Below are positions 1 through 15,000 of a stretch of 64,000 nt of DNA, piece by piece. The stretch is taken from contig OZ218778.1 of assembly GCA_965112635.1 (NCBI GenBank), forward strand, positions 64,001 to 128,000, given 5' to 3'. The stretch's first letter is position 1, and each line of letters opens with the position of its first letter. The DNA comes from an uncultured bacterium. Lineage in GTDB: Bacteria > Oederibacteriota > Oederibacteriia > Oederibacteriales > Oederibacteriaceae. The position numbers were made by a program, and so were the translations under genes. The notes under the pieces are model-generated. The model ran no database searches. It was given only the letters and a program-made list of their open reading frames with translations, and was not told the DNA's origin.

Positions 1-3000
1 GGCTGCTGGGATTGGTGTCCGAGAAGGTCGGCGCCGCGTTGACCGTGAAAAGCCCGGAGAAGGTCGCCTGGCCGGCGTCCGAACCTTTGACGATGTTCAC
101 GGTGCTGGACCCGACTGTGGCCCCGCTGGCCACGTTGATGTTGATCTGGATGGAGGTGTTGGTCCAGGTCCCGTAGCTGGCCACGCTGAGGCCTGCGGAC
201 CCGAAGCTCACCGTGCCCGTGATATTGCCGAAGTTGGAGCCGGTGATGGTCAGGCTCTGGGCCGAGCTGCCCTGGCCGCGGCTGCTGGGAGTGATCAGGG
301 TGGCCGAGGGCGCGGGGTTGACCGTAAAGACGCCCGTAAAGGTCGCGCTGCCGTTATCCGAGCCGTTGGTCACGGTCAAATTGGAGATGCCGGTGGCCGC
401 CGAGGAGGAGATGTTGGCGGTCAGGGTGATGGCCGTGCTGCTCCAGGCCGTGTAACCGGTCACATTGATGCCTGCCGTGCTGAAAGAGACCGTCCCCTGA
501 ACGCTGCCGAAATTGGTCCCGCTGATGATAAGGGTCTGGTTGTTGGCGCCCTGGCCGCGGTTGTTGGGGGTGATGCTGGTAAAGGTGGCGTTGGGATTGA
601 CCGTAAAGAAACCGCTGGCCGAAGTCGCCTGGCCAAAATTGTCGCCGTTGATGACCGTCACGGTGGCCGGCCCGGCTGTGGCGCCGGAGCAGTCCAGGGT
701 GACGCTGATGGAGCTCGTGCCCCAGCCATTGACCGAGGAAACGACCACCCCGTTGCTGAAGTTGATGGAGCCTGTGGCCACGCCAAAGTTGGTGCCTACG
801 ATGGTCACGGTTTGTCCGGAGGACCCTTGGCCGCGGCTGCTGGGAGAGCAGGAGGTAAAGGTCGGCGCGCTGGCCACGGAGAACACGTTGTTAAAGGTCG
901 CCTTGCCCGCGTCCGTGTTGTTGTAAACCGTAATATTCCCCAGTCCTGTGGGCGTAGCGGAACCGATATTGACCGTCAGCACGATCTGGGTCGCGTTCCA
1001 GCTGGAATAACCGGTGACGCTTACCCCGGCCGCGCTGAAGGTGACCACCCCTTGGCTGCCGCCGAAATTGCCTCCGTTGAGCGTGATGGTCTTGTTTAGG
1101 GCTCCCTGACCGAGGACATTGGGGTTCATATTGGAGAAAGAAGGGGCCGGATTGACCGTGAACATCCCGCTGGAAGTGCCTGTGCCGTGGTCCGTGGCGT
1201 TGGTGACCGAGATGGTGGCGCTGCCGGCCGTGGCCGCGCTGCAGTCGAGGGTCACGAGGATGGAGTTGCTGCTCCAGCTGTTGATGGTGGTGACCCCGAC
1301 ATTATTGCTGAAGTTGATCGTTCCGGTGGAGGTGCCGAAATTACTGCCTGTGATGGTCACGGACTGGGCCGTGGCGCCGATGCCTCGGCTGCTGGGCGTG
1401 CAGGCTGTGACGCTGGGCTTGCCGTTGACCGTGAACTGATTGGCAAAAGTGGCGGTCCCGGAGTCTAACCCGTTGGTCACGGTGATATTGCAGGTGCCCT
1501 GGGTCGCGTTGCTGGCGATGTTGGCCGTCAGCACGATCTGGTTGGTGCCCCAGCTGGTGTAACCCGTGACGCTGATACCCACCCCGCTGAAGACCACGGT
1601 TCCCTGCGTGTTGCTGAAATTGGTGCCCACGATGGTCAGGGTCTGGTTGGAAGCGCCTTCGCCGAGGTTGTTGGGGGTGACGCTGGTGAAGGTCGGCCCT
1701 GGGTTGATGGTGAATATCGTGCTGGAGGAGTTACGGCCGTAATCCACGCCGTTGATGATAGTGACCGTCACCGGCCCCGTGGTCGCGCTGGAGCAGTCCA
1801 GGGTCGCCTGGATCGAGCTGGTCCCCCAGGTCACGCCGGTCACGTTGATGTTGTTGCTGAAAGTAATGGTCCCGGTGGAGCCGAAATAGTTGCCTCCGAT
1901 GGTGACGACTTGGCCCTGAGAACCCTGGCCTAGGCTGGTCGGGCTGGCGGAATTGAGGCTCGGTTTGAAATCCACGATGAACTGGTTGTTAAAGGTGGAT
2001 TTCCCGCCGTCTTGCCCGTTGGTGATGGAAATATTGCAGCTGCCCTGGGTCGTGGTCGGGCTGATATTGACCGTGCAGTCGATCTCATTGGAGGTCCATT
2101 TGGTGTAACCGGTCACGCTAATGCCCGCCGCGCTGAAGGTCACGGTACCCTGGGTATTGCTGAAATAATTGCCGTTGATGACGAGGGTGACACCCTGCGC
2201 TCCCTGGCCCACATTCGCGGGATTGATCGAAGTAAAGGTCGGCGGATGGTTAACCTGGATGCCGTTATAAATAGTGCCGACGCCCGAGCCGCTCCCCGTA
2301 GCCGCTGTGACGGTCAGGGTAAAGTAGCCGTAGGCCGCGCCGCTGGACACGCTGGCGGTCAGGGTGATGGAATTGGCGCTCCAGGCCGTGGGCAGGCCCA
2401 GGGTGATGTCCGGGTCGTCCGTGATGATGGAGCCGGTCGTGGCTCCGAAATACCCGTCAGGATCAAAGAGATTGATGACGACATTGTTGGCCCCCTGGCC
2501 TAGCCCCGTGGGATTGACCACGGTATGGCTGTTGGCGTTGGGCTTGGGCACCACATAAAAGACGGGCGAGGTCGTGGTCTGGCCGGAATTATCTCCGTTG
2601 ACGATGGTCAGGGTCCGGTTGGCCGACCCGGCCGTGGCCGCGTTGCTGGCCACATTAACGGTCATGGTAATAAGGGTATTGCTCCAACTGTAGTTGACTA
2701 CCGTGACGCCGGTGCCGCTGAAAGTGACGGCCCCCTGGTTGCTGCCGAAATTACTTCCGGCTACCGTGACCGTGGCGCCGGTCGCGCCCTGGCCCAGGTA
2801 AGCCGTAGCCCCGCCGTTGATGGTGCTGAATACGGGCGCCGGAGCGACCTGGAACTTCCCGCTGACCCCGCCCACGCCGCTGCCGCTGGCTGTGCCGGCC
2901 GTAACGGTCAGGGTATGGTAACCCACGGTCGCGCTGGCCCCCACGGTGGCCGTCAGGGTGATGGAATTGGCGCTCCAGGCCGTGATGGAACCCAGGGTCA

Positions 3001-6000
3001 CGTTGGGATCGTTGATGACCACCGACCCGGTGCTCGACCCGAAATAGCCCGCCGGGTCGAACAGGTTGAGGGTGATGTTGGAGCAGTTGATGCCCAGCGT
3101 CCCTGGGGTGATGACCGTGCTGCCGGTAGAGTTGGGTTTGGGCACCACGTAGAACACGGCAGCCGTGGTGATCTGGCCGTTATTATCGCCGTTGACGATA
3201 ATCAGGGTCCGGTTGGGCGTGCCCGAGGTGGCCGCGGCCGGGTCCACATTGACCGTCAGGACGATGCTGTTGGGGCTCCATGCGTAGTTGGTGATGGTGA
3301 CCCCGCCTCCGCTGATGGTCACGCTGCCCTGATGGGTGCCGAAATTACCGCCGGAGATGGTCAGGGTCGCCCCAGTGGCGCCCTGGCCCAGGAAAGCGTG
3401 GTCGATGCCGCTGTAGGTCGGCGGCAAGGCGATCTGGAACTGGCTGTAAGCGCCGATGCCCGAGCCGCTCCCCGCGGCCGCCGTGATGGTCACGCTGTAA
3501 TACCCCGTGGCCGCGCTGTTGCTGACCGTGGCGGTCAGGGTGATGGAGTGGGCATCCCAGGCCTGGATGGTGTACGGCCAGATATTGGCATTACCGGTAG
3601 CCTGGTCCAAAAGCAGGGACCCGGTCTGGACCCCAAAATAACCGTCGGGATCGAAAATATTGACCGTGGCGTTCGTCGCTCCCTCACCCAGGGAGACCGG
3701 GGTCATCACCCCGTGGCTCCCAGCATTGGGTTTGGGCACCACGTAGAACGCGCTGCCCGTGACCAGTTTGCCGCCATTGTCCCCGTTGGTGATGGTCAGG
3801 AATCGGTTGGGAGAGGAGGCCGTGGCCGCGGCCGGGTCCACGTTGACCGTCAGGACGATAAGGCTGGGGCTCCAGTTATAGTTCGTGACCGTGATGCCGC
3901 CGCCGCTGAAGCTCACGGTCCCCTGGTTGGTCCCAAAGTTACTGCCGTAAATGGTCAGCTGCTGCTGGGTGGCGCCCTGGCCCAGGTAGTTGAGGTTGGC
4001 GGAGTTGGTGATGCTGACAAAAGTGGGTGCGCTGACGATCTGGAACTTGCTGAAGGCGCCGATGCCCTGGCCGCTGCTCGTCGCCGCGGTGATGGTCACG
4101 CTGTAATATCCCGGTACCGCGCTGCTGCTCACTGTGGCGGTCATCGTAATGGAATGGGCGTCCCAGGTCGTGGGGTTATAGGCCGTGATATTGCTGTTCC
4201 CCGTGGCTGAATCGAGCAAAAGCGAACCCATGCTGGAGCCGAAATAGCCGTCCGGATCGAACAAATTGAGCGTGGCCGTGGCACCCTGTCCGATGCTCCC
4301 TGCAGTCATCACGGTGTGGTTGTTGGCGTTGGGTTTGGGCACCACGTAGAACACATTGCCGGTGGTGACCTGTCCGCCATTGTCTCCATTGGTGATCGTG
4401 AAGGTCCGGTTGGCCACCGCGGATGTAGAGGCGGCCGGGTCCACGCTGACCGTCAGGACGATCTGGCCGCTGCCCCAGTTGTAGTTGGTGATGGTGATGC
4501 CGCCGCCGCTGATGCTTACGGTGCCCTGGTGCACGCCAAAATAACTCCCGTTGATGGTGAGGGTGGCCCCCGTGGCCCCCTGGCCCAGGTAGCTCGGACT
4601 GCTATTGTCATAGGTCGGCGGCACTGCGATCTGGAACTGGTTGAACACGCCGATACCCTGCCCGCTGCTCGTCGCTGCCGTGATCGTGACCGCATAGTAT
4701 CCGACCACCGCCGAACCGCTGATATTGGCTGTCAGGGTTATGGAATGAGCGTCCCAGGCCTTGATGTTATACGAGGTGACATTGGAATTGCCCGATCCGG
4801 CGTCCAGAAGAAGCGACCCTATATTGGCCCCAAAATACCCGTCAGGATCAAAGAGGTTTATGGTCGCCCCGGAAGCGCCCTGCCCCACTGCCGCAGGGAT
4901 CATGATGGTGTGGTTGTTGGCGTTGGGCTTGGGGACAATATAAAAGATCGGGCTAGTCGTCAGCTGGCCGTCGTTGTCGCTGCAAAAGATGGTCAGGGTC
5001 CGGTTGGGGGACCCAGCTGTGTTGGCACTGGGGTCCACATTGACGGTCAGCGTGATGAGGGTGCTGCTCCAGACCGTGTTGGTGATGGTGATGCCGCCGC
5101 CGCTGAAAGTCACGCTCCCGGCGCTGCCGAAATTAGTCCCCACGATGTTGACGGTTGCGCCTGTTGCGCCCTGGCCAAGATAAGCCGTGGCCCCTCCGTT
5201 AATAGAGGTAAAGGTCGGCGCGCCGACCACATGAAGGAGGTTGAAATAACCCACCCCGCTGCCGTTGTTAGGCGAGGCAGTAATGGTCAGGGCGTAGTAG
5301 CCCAGCACCGCCGTGCTGCTGACCGAGGAGGTCAGGGTGATGGAATTGGCGCTCCAGCGGCTTACCAGGTAGCTGGTGAAATTAGTGTTGCCGCTGGCGG
5401 CATCTAATAGAACAGTGCCGGTATTGGACCCGAAATACCCGTCAGGGTCAAAGAGATTGATGGTCGCCCCTGACGCGCCCTGCCCGATATTGGCCGGGGT
5501 GACCACGGTGTGGCTGCCCGCGTTTGGCCGCGGGATAACATAAAATTCATTGGGAGTGGTCAATTGGCCGCCGTTATCCCCGTTGATAATGGTCAGGGTC
5601 CGGTTGGGCGAGGAACCTGTCGTGGCCCCAGTGGCCACGTTGACGGTCAGGACAATGGTCGTGCTGCTCCAGCTGTAATTGGTAATGACAATACCGCCTC
5701 CGCTGAAGATCACGCTCCCCTGGCTGTTGCCGAAATTGCCGCCTTGGATGGTCAGGGTGGCAGCGGTCGCGCCTTGGCCCAGGAGGGGATCACCGTTGAC
5801 GTTCTTGACCGTGTTAAAGGTGGGCAGGCCGACCACTTGGAGTTGGTTAAAGGTGCCGACCCCGGCGCCGCTGGCGCTAGCTGCCGTGATGGTGACCGCG
5901 TAGTAGCCGGTCACGGCCGCGTTGCTCACCGTGGCGCTGATGGTGATGGAATGAGCGTCCCAGGCCTGGATCGGGTAGCTGTTAATGTTGGCGTTACCCG

Positions 6001-9000
6001 TGGCGGTGTCTATCACCAGGGAACCCGTGGCTGCACCAAAATAACCGTCAGGGTCAAAGATATTGATGATTTCGCCGCTGGCTCCCTGCCCGACCGAGAG
6101 AGGCGTGATGACCGCGTGGCTTCCCGCGTTGGGCCTGGGCACCACATAGAACACGCTGCCGGTGGTCAACTGCCCGTTGTTATCCCCATTAATAATAGTA
6201 AGGCTCCGGTTCGCCGAACCCGAGGTCGTCGCCGTCGAGGCCACATTTACGTTCAACACGATCTGGTTCGGACCCCACGAATACACCGTGTCCGTCACGT
6301 CCCCGCCGCCGCTGAAGATAACTGTCCCGGTCTTGACCCCGAAATTGCTGCCATATATAGTCAGTTGCTGGTTCGTCGCGCCCTGGCCCAGGTAGTTCAA
6401 GTTCGCCGTATTCGTAATGCTCACAAAGGTCGGTTTAGCGGCTACCTGGAATCCGTTATATGCTCCCATCCCGGACCCATTTGCCGCTGCAGCCGTGATG
6501 GTCACTGCGTAATACCCCGCGACCGCGCTCCCCGCCACGGTCGCCTGCAAAGTGATGGAATTGGCGCTCCAGTTCTGGATGGAATAGGAAGTAATATTGG
6601 CGTTCCCTGTCGCTGCATCCAGCAGCAAAGTCCCCGTATTGGACCCGAAATATCCGTTGATGTCATACAGGTTGACCGTCACCCCGCTGGCTCCCTGGCC
6701 CAGGCTGCTGGGTGTCATCACCGTGGTCCCGCTGGAGTTGGGCCCGGGAACCACGTAGAACACATTGCTTGTCGTGAGCTGCCCTTTGTTCCCGCCGTTG
6801 GTGATGGTGAGGATCCGGTTGGGAGAACCTGAGGTCGCGGCGTTCGTGGCCACGCTGACCGTCATCACAATGGAACTGTTGCTCCATGTGGGATAACCCG
6901 TCACGCTGAGTCCTGTGCCGCTGAAGGTCACCGTGCCGGAGCTCCCCAGACCACCCCCCGAAATGGTAAGGGTGGCATTGGTCGCCCCCTGGCCCAGGTA
7001 ACTCTGGCTGAGACTGCTGTAGCTGGGGCCGTTCACCACCTGGAATGAGTTGAAATATCCGACCCCTGCCCCGCTCGCCGTGGCCGCTGTGATGGTGACC
7101 GTGTAATAACCCGTCCCTGCGCTGTTGCTTACCGTGGCCGACAGGGTGATGGAATTGGCGCTCCAGTTCTGGATGGAATACGAGGTGATATTGGCGTTGC
7201 CTGAGGCGGTATCAAGCTGGACCGACCCGGTGTTGGCCCCAAAATAACCGTCAGGGTCAAATAGATTGATAATAGAGTTCGAGGCGCCCTGCCCGACGGA
7301 ACTGGGCGTCATCACCGTATGGCTGCCGCCGTTGGGCTTGGGCACGATATAGAAGATGGGGCTCGTCGTTAACTGGCCCAGGTTATCGTTATTGATGATG
7401 GTGATGGTCCTGTTAGGCGAGCCCGCGGTGTTGGCAGCGGGGTCCACGTTGACGGTCAGCGTGATGAGGGTGCCGCTCCAGACCGTGTTGGTGATGGTAA
7501 TGCCGCCGCCACTGATGATGACACTGCCACCGCTTCCGAAATTCGTCCCCACGATGTTGATGGTCGCGCCGGTCGCACCCTGGCCAAGGTAGGCCGTGGC
7601 CCCTCCGTTAATAGAGGTAAAGGTCGGCGCGCCGACCACATGCAGAAGGTTCACGGAACCTATCCCGCTGCCGTTGTTCGCGTTGGCCGTGAGGGTCACC
7701 GCGTAATAGCCCTGGACCGCCGCGCTGGCCACCGAGGCTGTCAGGGTGATGGAATTGGCGCTCCAACGGCTCACCAGGTAGCTGGTAAAGTTGGTGTTCC
7801 CACTGGCCGCGTCCAGCAACACCGTGCCGGCATTGTTCCCGAAATACCCATCAGGATCAAAGAGGTTGATGGTCGCCCCTGACGCGCCCTGGCCGATATT
7901 GCCCGGGGTGACCACGGTGTGGCTGCCTGCGTTCGGCCGAGGGATGACATAGAACTCGTTAGGGGTGGTCAGCTGGCCGCCGTTATCCCCGTTGAGGATG
8001 GTCAGGGTCCGGTTGGGCGACCCGCCGGTCGTGGCATTGGACGCCACGTTGACCGTAAGGACTATAGTGGTATTGCTCCAGCTGTAATTGGTGATGACAA
8101 TGCCGCCTCCGCTGAAGATAACGCTTCCCTGGCTGTTGCCGAAATTACCCCCATCGATGGTCAGGGTCGCGCTGGCCGCCCCCTGGCCCAGAAGGGGATC
8201 ACCGTTGATATTCTTGATGGTGTTGAATGTAGGCAGGCTGGACACGCGCAACTGATTAAAGACTCCGACCCCGGCTCCGCCGCTCGCGGCCGCCGTGATC
8301 GTCACCGAATAATAACCGGTATTAGCGCCGTTGCTGACCGTGGCGCTGATAGTGATGGAATGAGCGTCCCAGGCCTGGATCGGGTAGCTGTTAATGTTGG
8401 CGTTGCCGGTGGCCGTGTCGATGGCGAGCGAACCCACCCCATTGCCGAAATAACCGTCAGGGTCAAAGATATTGATGATCTGGCCGCTGGCTCCCTGGCC
8501 CACCGAGGACGGCGTTATCACGGTATGGCTCCCGCCATTGGGCCGGGGCACCACATAGAACACGCTGCCGGTGGTCAACTGCCCGTTGTTATCCCCATTA
8601 ATAATAGTAAGGCTCCGGTTCGCCGAACCCGAGGTCGTCGCTGTCGAGGCCACATTTACGTTCAACACGATCTGGTTCGGACCCCACGAATACACCGTGT
8701 CCGTCACGTCCCCGCCGCCGCTGAAGGTCACGCTCCCGGTCTTGACCCCAAAATTACTGCCATAAATAGTCAGTTGCTGGTTCGTCGCGCCCTGGCCCAA
8801 GTAGTTCAAGTTCGCCGTATTCGTAATGCTCACAAAGGTCGGTTTAGCGGCTACCTGGAATCCGTTATATGCTCCCATCCCGGACCCATTTGCCGCTGCC
8901 GCTGTGATGGTCACCGCGTAATACCCCGCGACCGCGCCTCCGGCCACGCTCGCCTGTAAAGTGATGGAATTGGCGCTCCAGTTCTGGATGGAGTAAGAGG

Positions 9001-12000
9001 TGATGTTCGTGTTGCCCGGTGAATCCAGCAACAGGGTCCCCGTATTGGACCCGAAATATCCGTTGATGTCATACAGGTTGACCGTCACCCCGCTGGCTCC
9101 CTGTCCCAGGCTGAGAGGCGTCATCACGGTCGTTCCGCTCGTATTCGGACCCGGCACCACGTAAAAGACATTCCCGGTGGTGACCTGGCCGCCGGTGGTT
9201 CCATTGATGATGTTAAGGGTCCGGTTGGCGGAAATAGAGGTCGTGGCATTGGAGGCCACACTGACATTCATGCTGATAGAACTGCTGTTCCAGGAGTTAT
9301 AACTGGTCACACTGACCCCGCTCCCGCTGATGGTCACGGTCCCGCTGCTCCCAAATCCTCCTCCAGAAAGGGTGATCACCGCGTTGGTCGCTCCCTGGCC
9401 CAGAAAAGCCTGGCTGATCCCGGAATAAGTGGGAGCGCTGGCCACCTGGAATTGGTTGAAATACCCTATCCCTGCGCCATTGGCCGTGGCTGCCGTGATG
9501 GTGACCGTGTAATAACCCGTGGCAGCGCTAGCACTGACCGTGGCCGACAGGGTTATGGAATAGGCGCTCCAGTTCTGGATGGAATAAGAGGTAATATTGG
9601 CATTGCTCGAGGCATAATCTAAAAGCAATGAGCCGATGGTGGACCCAAAATAACCGTCCGTATCGTAAAGATTGACCGTTACATTGGACGCCCCCTGGCC
9701 TACCGAGGACGGCGTTATGACGGCATGACTCCCGCCATTGGGTCTGGGCACCACATAGAATACGTTCCCGGTGGTCAACTGGCCGTTGTTATCGCCATTA
9801 ATAATAGTAAGGGTCCGGTTCGCCGAACCCGAGGTCGTCGCTGTCGAAGCCGCGTTCACGGTCAAGACGATCTGGCTCGGCGCCCATGAATACACCGTGT
9901 CCGTCACATCCCCCCCGCCGCTAAAGGTCACGCTTCCCGTCTTGACCCCAAAATTGCTCCCATAGATGGTCATCTGCTGGTTGGTCGCGCCCTGGCCCAG
10001 GTAGTTAAGGTTCGCGGTATTGGTGATACTGACAAAGGTCGGTTTGGCCGCCACCTGGAATCCATTAAAAGCTCCTACCCCAGAACCGTTGGCTGCGGCC
10101 GCCGTCATCGTCACCGCGTAATATCCTACGGTGGCATTGCTGATCACAGTCGCGGTCAAGGTGATGGAGTGGGCATCCCAGGTCTGTAATGTGTAGGGGT
10201 TGATATTAGTGTTCCCTGAGGCGGCATCCAGCAACAGAGTGCCGGTGTTGGAACCAAAATTCCCGTTAACGTCGTACAAATTAACCGTTATCCCGCTGGC
10301 TCCCTGACCTAGGACAGCCGGCGTCATCACGGTCGACCCGCTCGCGTTCGGGCTGGGTACCACATAGAATACGTTCCCCGTCGTAACTACCCCGCCATTG
10401 GTTCTATTAACAATGGTCAGGGTCCGGTTGGCCGAGATCGAGGTGGTCGCGTTGTTGGCCACGGTCACATTCATACTGATGGAACTGTTGTTCCAGGAGT
10501 TATAACTGGTCACGCTGACCCCGGTCCCGCTCACGGTCACGGTCCCGCTGCTCCCAAATCCTCCTCCGGAGATGGTCACCACCGCATTGGTCGCACCCTG
10601 GCCCAAGTAGGCCTGGCTGATACTGGTATAGCTTGGCCCGCTCACCACCCAAAACGAGTTGAAATACCCGATGCCCGCTCCGTTGGCCGTAGCAGCGGTA
10701 ATGGTCACTGTGTAATACCCGGCCACGGCATTTGTGGCTGCCGTAGCCTGCAGGGTAATGGAATTAGCGCTCCAATTTTGGACCGTATAGGAAGAGATAT
10801 TGGCATTGCCAGTGGCTGAATCCAGCAAAAGAGTCCCGGTATTGGATCCAAATTTGGCATTGGGATCAAAAAGATTGACCGTCAGGTTTGATGCCCCCTG
10901 CCCCAGCGAAGAAGGGGTCATGACCGTGGAACTGAGCGCATTGGGAGCGTTGACCACATAAAAAACATTCCCGGTCGTGACCTGGCCTCCGTTATCCCCG
11001 TTGACAATGGTCAGGGTCCGATTCGGGGAGGATGCGGTCGCCGCATTACTGGCCACGTTCACTGTCACGATGATCTGGCTGGTGCTCCAACTGTAGTTGG
11101 TGACCGTGATGTTGCCTCCGCTGAAGGTCACTGAACCCTGGTTGGTCCCAAAACTGCCCCCGTAAATGGTCAACTGCTGTTGGTAAGCGCCCTGGCCCAG
11201 GTAGGTGAGATTTGCAGTATTGGTGATACTAATAAAGGAAGGAGCCGGAGCGATCTTGAACCCGTTAAAAGCCCCCACTCCATACCCGCTGCTACCCGCC
11301 GCAGTCATGGTCAAGGCATAATAACCGGTGGTGGCGGAACTGCTGATATTGGCTGTCAGGGTGATGGAATTGGCGCTCCAGCCTCCTGAGTTTATATAAT
11401 AACTCGTCACATTTTGGTTGCCGGTCGCGGAATCCACCAGAACAGAACCTTGGGCGGTCCCAAAAAACCCGTTGGGGTCAAAAAGATTGATGGTGGCGTT
11501 GGTCGCTCCCTGGCCGATGGTCGGTGGAGACACATTGGTCTTGCCGTTGACGGTCATGATCGTGGAATTATAGGAATTAGGCCCGTTGATGATGGTCAAG
11601 GCATTGGAGCTAGTGCTTACGCCGTTGTCGGTGCTCCGCTTGACCGTGATGCTATAAGGCCCGGTGGTGGCATTGGAAGCCACGCTCACGGTGCAGACAA
11701 TGGTCCCGGAAACCCACGAGGTATAGCCGGTCACACTGACCCCGGACCCAAAGGAGAGGGTTCCCTGGGTATTTCCAAATCCGCTTCCCTGGATGGTCAA
11801 AGAGGTATGAGCGCCCTGGCCCAGGGTCGAGGGGGAGACTGTACTGACCACGGGCGCCGAAGAAATGGTCAATTTGCCCGAATTATCGGTGTTTATCCCC
11901 AGGTCGCTGCCGTTCTGGATGGTGATGGAAGGGTTTCCAGTCGTGGCGTAAGTGCAATCCAGGTTGGCCACAATATACTGGGGGCTTGACCCGCCGTGCC

Positions 12001-15000
12001 AAACCGCTGACCCTATAATATTGATATTGTTGCCAAAACTTAAATTACCGCTGGTCCCGAAATCCGAGGCGTCCGAAGTGATGGTCACGCTCACATTGGT
12101 GGCGCCCACACCTATGGTGCTGGGCGAGATGGAGGCAATGGACGGATGGGCTGTGATGGTGATCCGGCCGTAAAACACCGCCTGGGCATAACCCTGGCTG
12201 GTGCCGGTATAGAGGGTGAAATTCTGGGGCCCGGTCGTGGGAAAAGTGGTCCCTCCGTTGGCCGACAGGGTCAGGTTCATCCCGATGGCGCTGCTGCTCC
12301 AGCCTCCGGTGTAGCCTGTCACGCTGATATTGGTGTCCGTGAACTTGACATAACCCCCGGTCTGGTTGGACCCGAAATTAGTGCCTCCTAGGGTAATGGT
12401 CAGCTGGGCCCCCTGGCCGACCGGCGCTCCCAGAGTCAGCCCTGTAGGAGTCTCGCTGACAAAGGTGGGTGGCGCAAGCACGGAAAACAGCGTAGCCACT
12501 TTAGTAACACCGTAATTATCACTATTGATGACCGTAATTGTGCAGGGGCCGGTCACGACCCCTCCACCTGACAAGTCCATGGTCAAGGGGATAAAGGTGG
12601 AATTCCCGGTCGATCCCACCGCATCATTAACCCCGTCGTTAAAAGACACGCTGGGAGTACTGTTGCCGAAATTACTGCCGTAGAGGGTCATCCCCTGGTT
12701 GGAGCATCCGGCTCCCAGGCTGGAGGTGCTGAAAGAGGTCTGGACACTGGTCACAGAGGGAGCATTGGCCACGGTCAAGGGATTGGGGGAGGAGATGACG
12801 GCTTTGCCCTGGTTGTCGTTGTTGGTGATGGTGATACTGCAGTTCCCCGCCGTAGCTGTACTGGCCACCTGCACGGACATAGTGATGGTGGTGGAGGTCG
12901 TCAACAGGACCGTTCCGGTCACTCCGGCATTGCCAAAGGCCACGGTTGCATTGGTGGAGCTGGAGGGGTTGTTGACCGTCCCGTTGAAACCAGTGCCATT
13001 GATGGTCAGGGTCGTGGAAGCTCCGGCGCCCAGAGTGGATGGGGATACTGAGGAGATGGTCGGAGCAGCGTCAATATCCAGATAATTGGCCCCATCCGAC
13101 TTATAACCTCCGGTTTGAGGATTGTTCACCCAGACCGTGGCCGGCCCGCTGGCAACGGCATTGCAACTGATCACCGCAACGATGGAGTTCGTGGCCCAGC
13201 TCGTGATACTGTTGACGGCGATTGCCCCAACGCCTGCTGTGATACTAAGATTATTGACGGTCCCGCCCGTGCCAAAAGTACTGCCACTCCCAGTGATAGT
13301 GATGGTTTGGTTCTGTGCCCCGACCCCGATGTCCATGGGCTGGACATTGGTAATGGTCGGGCCGGCCACAATGGTGATGAATTGGTAATAGGCTCCCACG
13401 GATTGCCAAGTAGGAGTTGAATTAGGTTCGGTCAAATACACGGAGATGCCGGACCCTACGTCAGAATCTCCGGCGCCTTTCTGGAAAGTCGGGACCCAGG
13501 TGACGGAACTGTTATTGTACGCAGTAAGGGAGGTGATGGTGAAATCATTATCATAACCGCCGTAATCAATAGTCCCAGCGGCCAGGGCATTATAATTTCC
13601 AGCACCGCCGGTAAATTTGACCGAGATGGAGGTATAGCCCAAACCGTTCCCCACACCGATAAAAGCAGGGTTAGGCGTGACGCTGGTCAGGTTGGGAGGC
13701 GCAAAAAACTTGAGAAAAGCGGCGTTGCTCATTCCCGCCGAAGTACCGCCATAATTCGGAAGGACCGTGACTGTGGGATTATTGGCCGCGACACCTCCCA
13801 GGGACATGTCCACCAAGACCGTGATCTGGCTGTCGGACCACGACACGATACTCTGGACGATATTGGTCCCATTGCTGACGATGGACACGCTACCGTTGAA
13901 TCCGGTGCCGGATGCGGTGGTATCCCCAAAATGGGGGTTGGCACCGCCGGGATAGATGGTAATGTCCCTTAAATTTTGGCCGTTGAGTGCGAACGCCTGC
14001 AGACCCATGTTCACGGGACTGCAGGGAACGGCGTTGGATAAGGTGGGTAAGGGGGCGACAAAAAGCGCGCCTTGGGCCGTGCTGACACCTCCATTGGTGC
14101 CGCTATGGACTTGCGCGGTTCTGGTCCCCGAAACCGCACCTGCCGTCGTGACCAGCACCTGGATCTGGGTGTCGGACCAGCTAACGTAACTGGCTGAATT
14201 GCAGTTTGTCCCGCTCCAGGACACAGTACCCTGTACATTACCAAAGCCGCTGCCGGTAATGATAACCGGGTAATTGGCGACCGTGGTGGCGATGTCGTTA
14301 TTTTGGCCCAAAAAGTTTCCTGCGGTGATGTTGGTGATGGTGGCCGAATAGGGCACGACCTGGAGGGTCTGGTTGCTCGAAGGATAGGTCGGGAAATACT
14401 GGTCCACATACCCTTGGCCTCCCCAGGGAGCAGCGTCGGTCCTACCCGTGATGGTGAGGGTGTAATAAGTCGGATTGGCTGCATTGGATACATCGACCGT
14501 GATGGTGATGCTCTGTGCGTTGGCCCAGTTTAATACCTGGCTCGGAAAAGCGGTGGAGTCCAAAAAGCAGGTGGCACCCGTGCCATGTGCCCCAAAAGTC
14601 CCGTTGGGATCGTAGAAATTGATGGGGACACCGGTAGCCCCTTGTCCGATCTGGGTATTGCCCGCGACCGAATTGACGGTGATGACCACGCCTCCGCTAT
14701 AGCAAGGCGGAGCGATAATGGTGGCCGTACCGGTGACTGTGGCGTAATCCTGCCATTTCGTGGAGTCGTTATTATTGGTCCAGATCACGGGAAAAGTGCT
14801 TCCCACCACGGCAGAGCATGTCCGGCATCCGGAATTAGTTTGGACCCCGTTGAGGACAAAGGTGGTATTGGTCGACGGCGAAGTTGGGCCGGTAAAGGTG
14901 GGAGCATTGGCGCCTGTCATCACGGACATTTGCGGGGTGCCGCCTATGAGCAGGCCGCCATTGACATTTTCAGTTATATTGCAGGGATATCCGTCGTACC

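Noticed and set aside
5030-10400. Possible DGR template/variable repeat pair or CRISPR array
   Set aside because: The repeats are in-frame coding duplications; no reverse transcriptase or cas genes, no repeat-spacer pattern, and no adenine-restricted mismatch pattern noticed.
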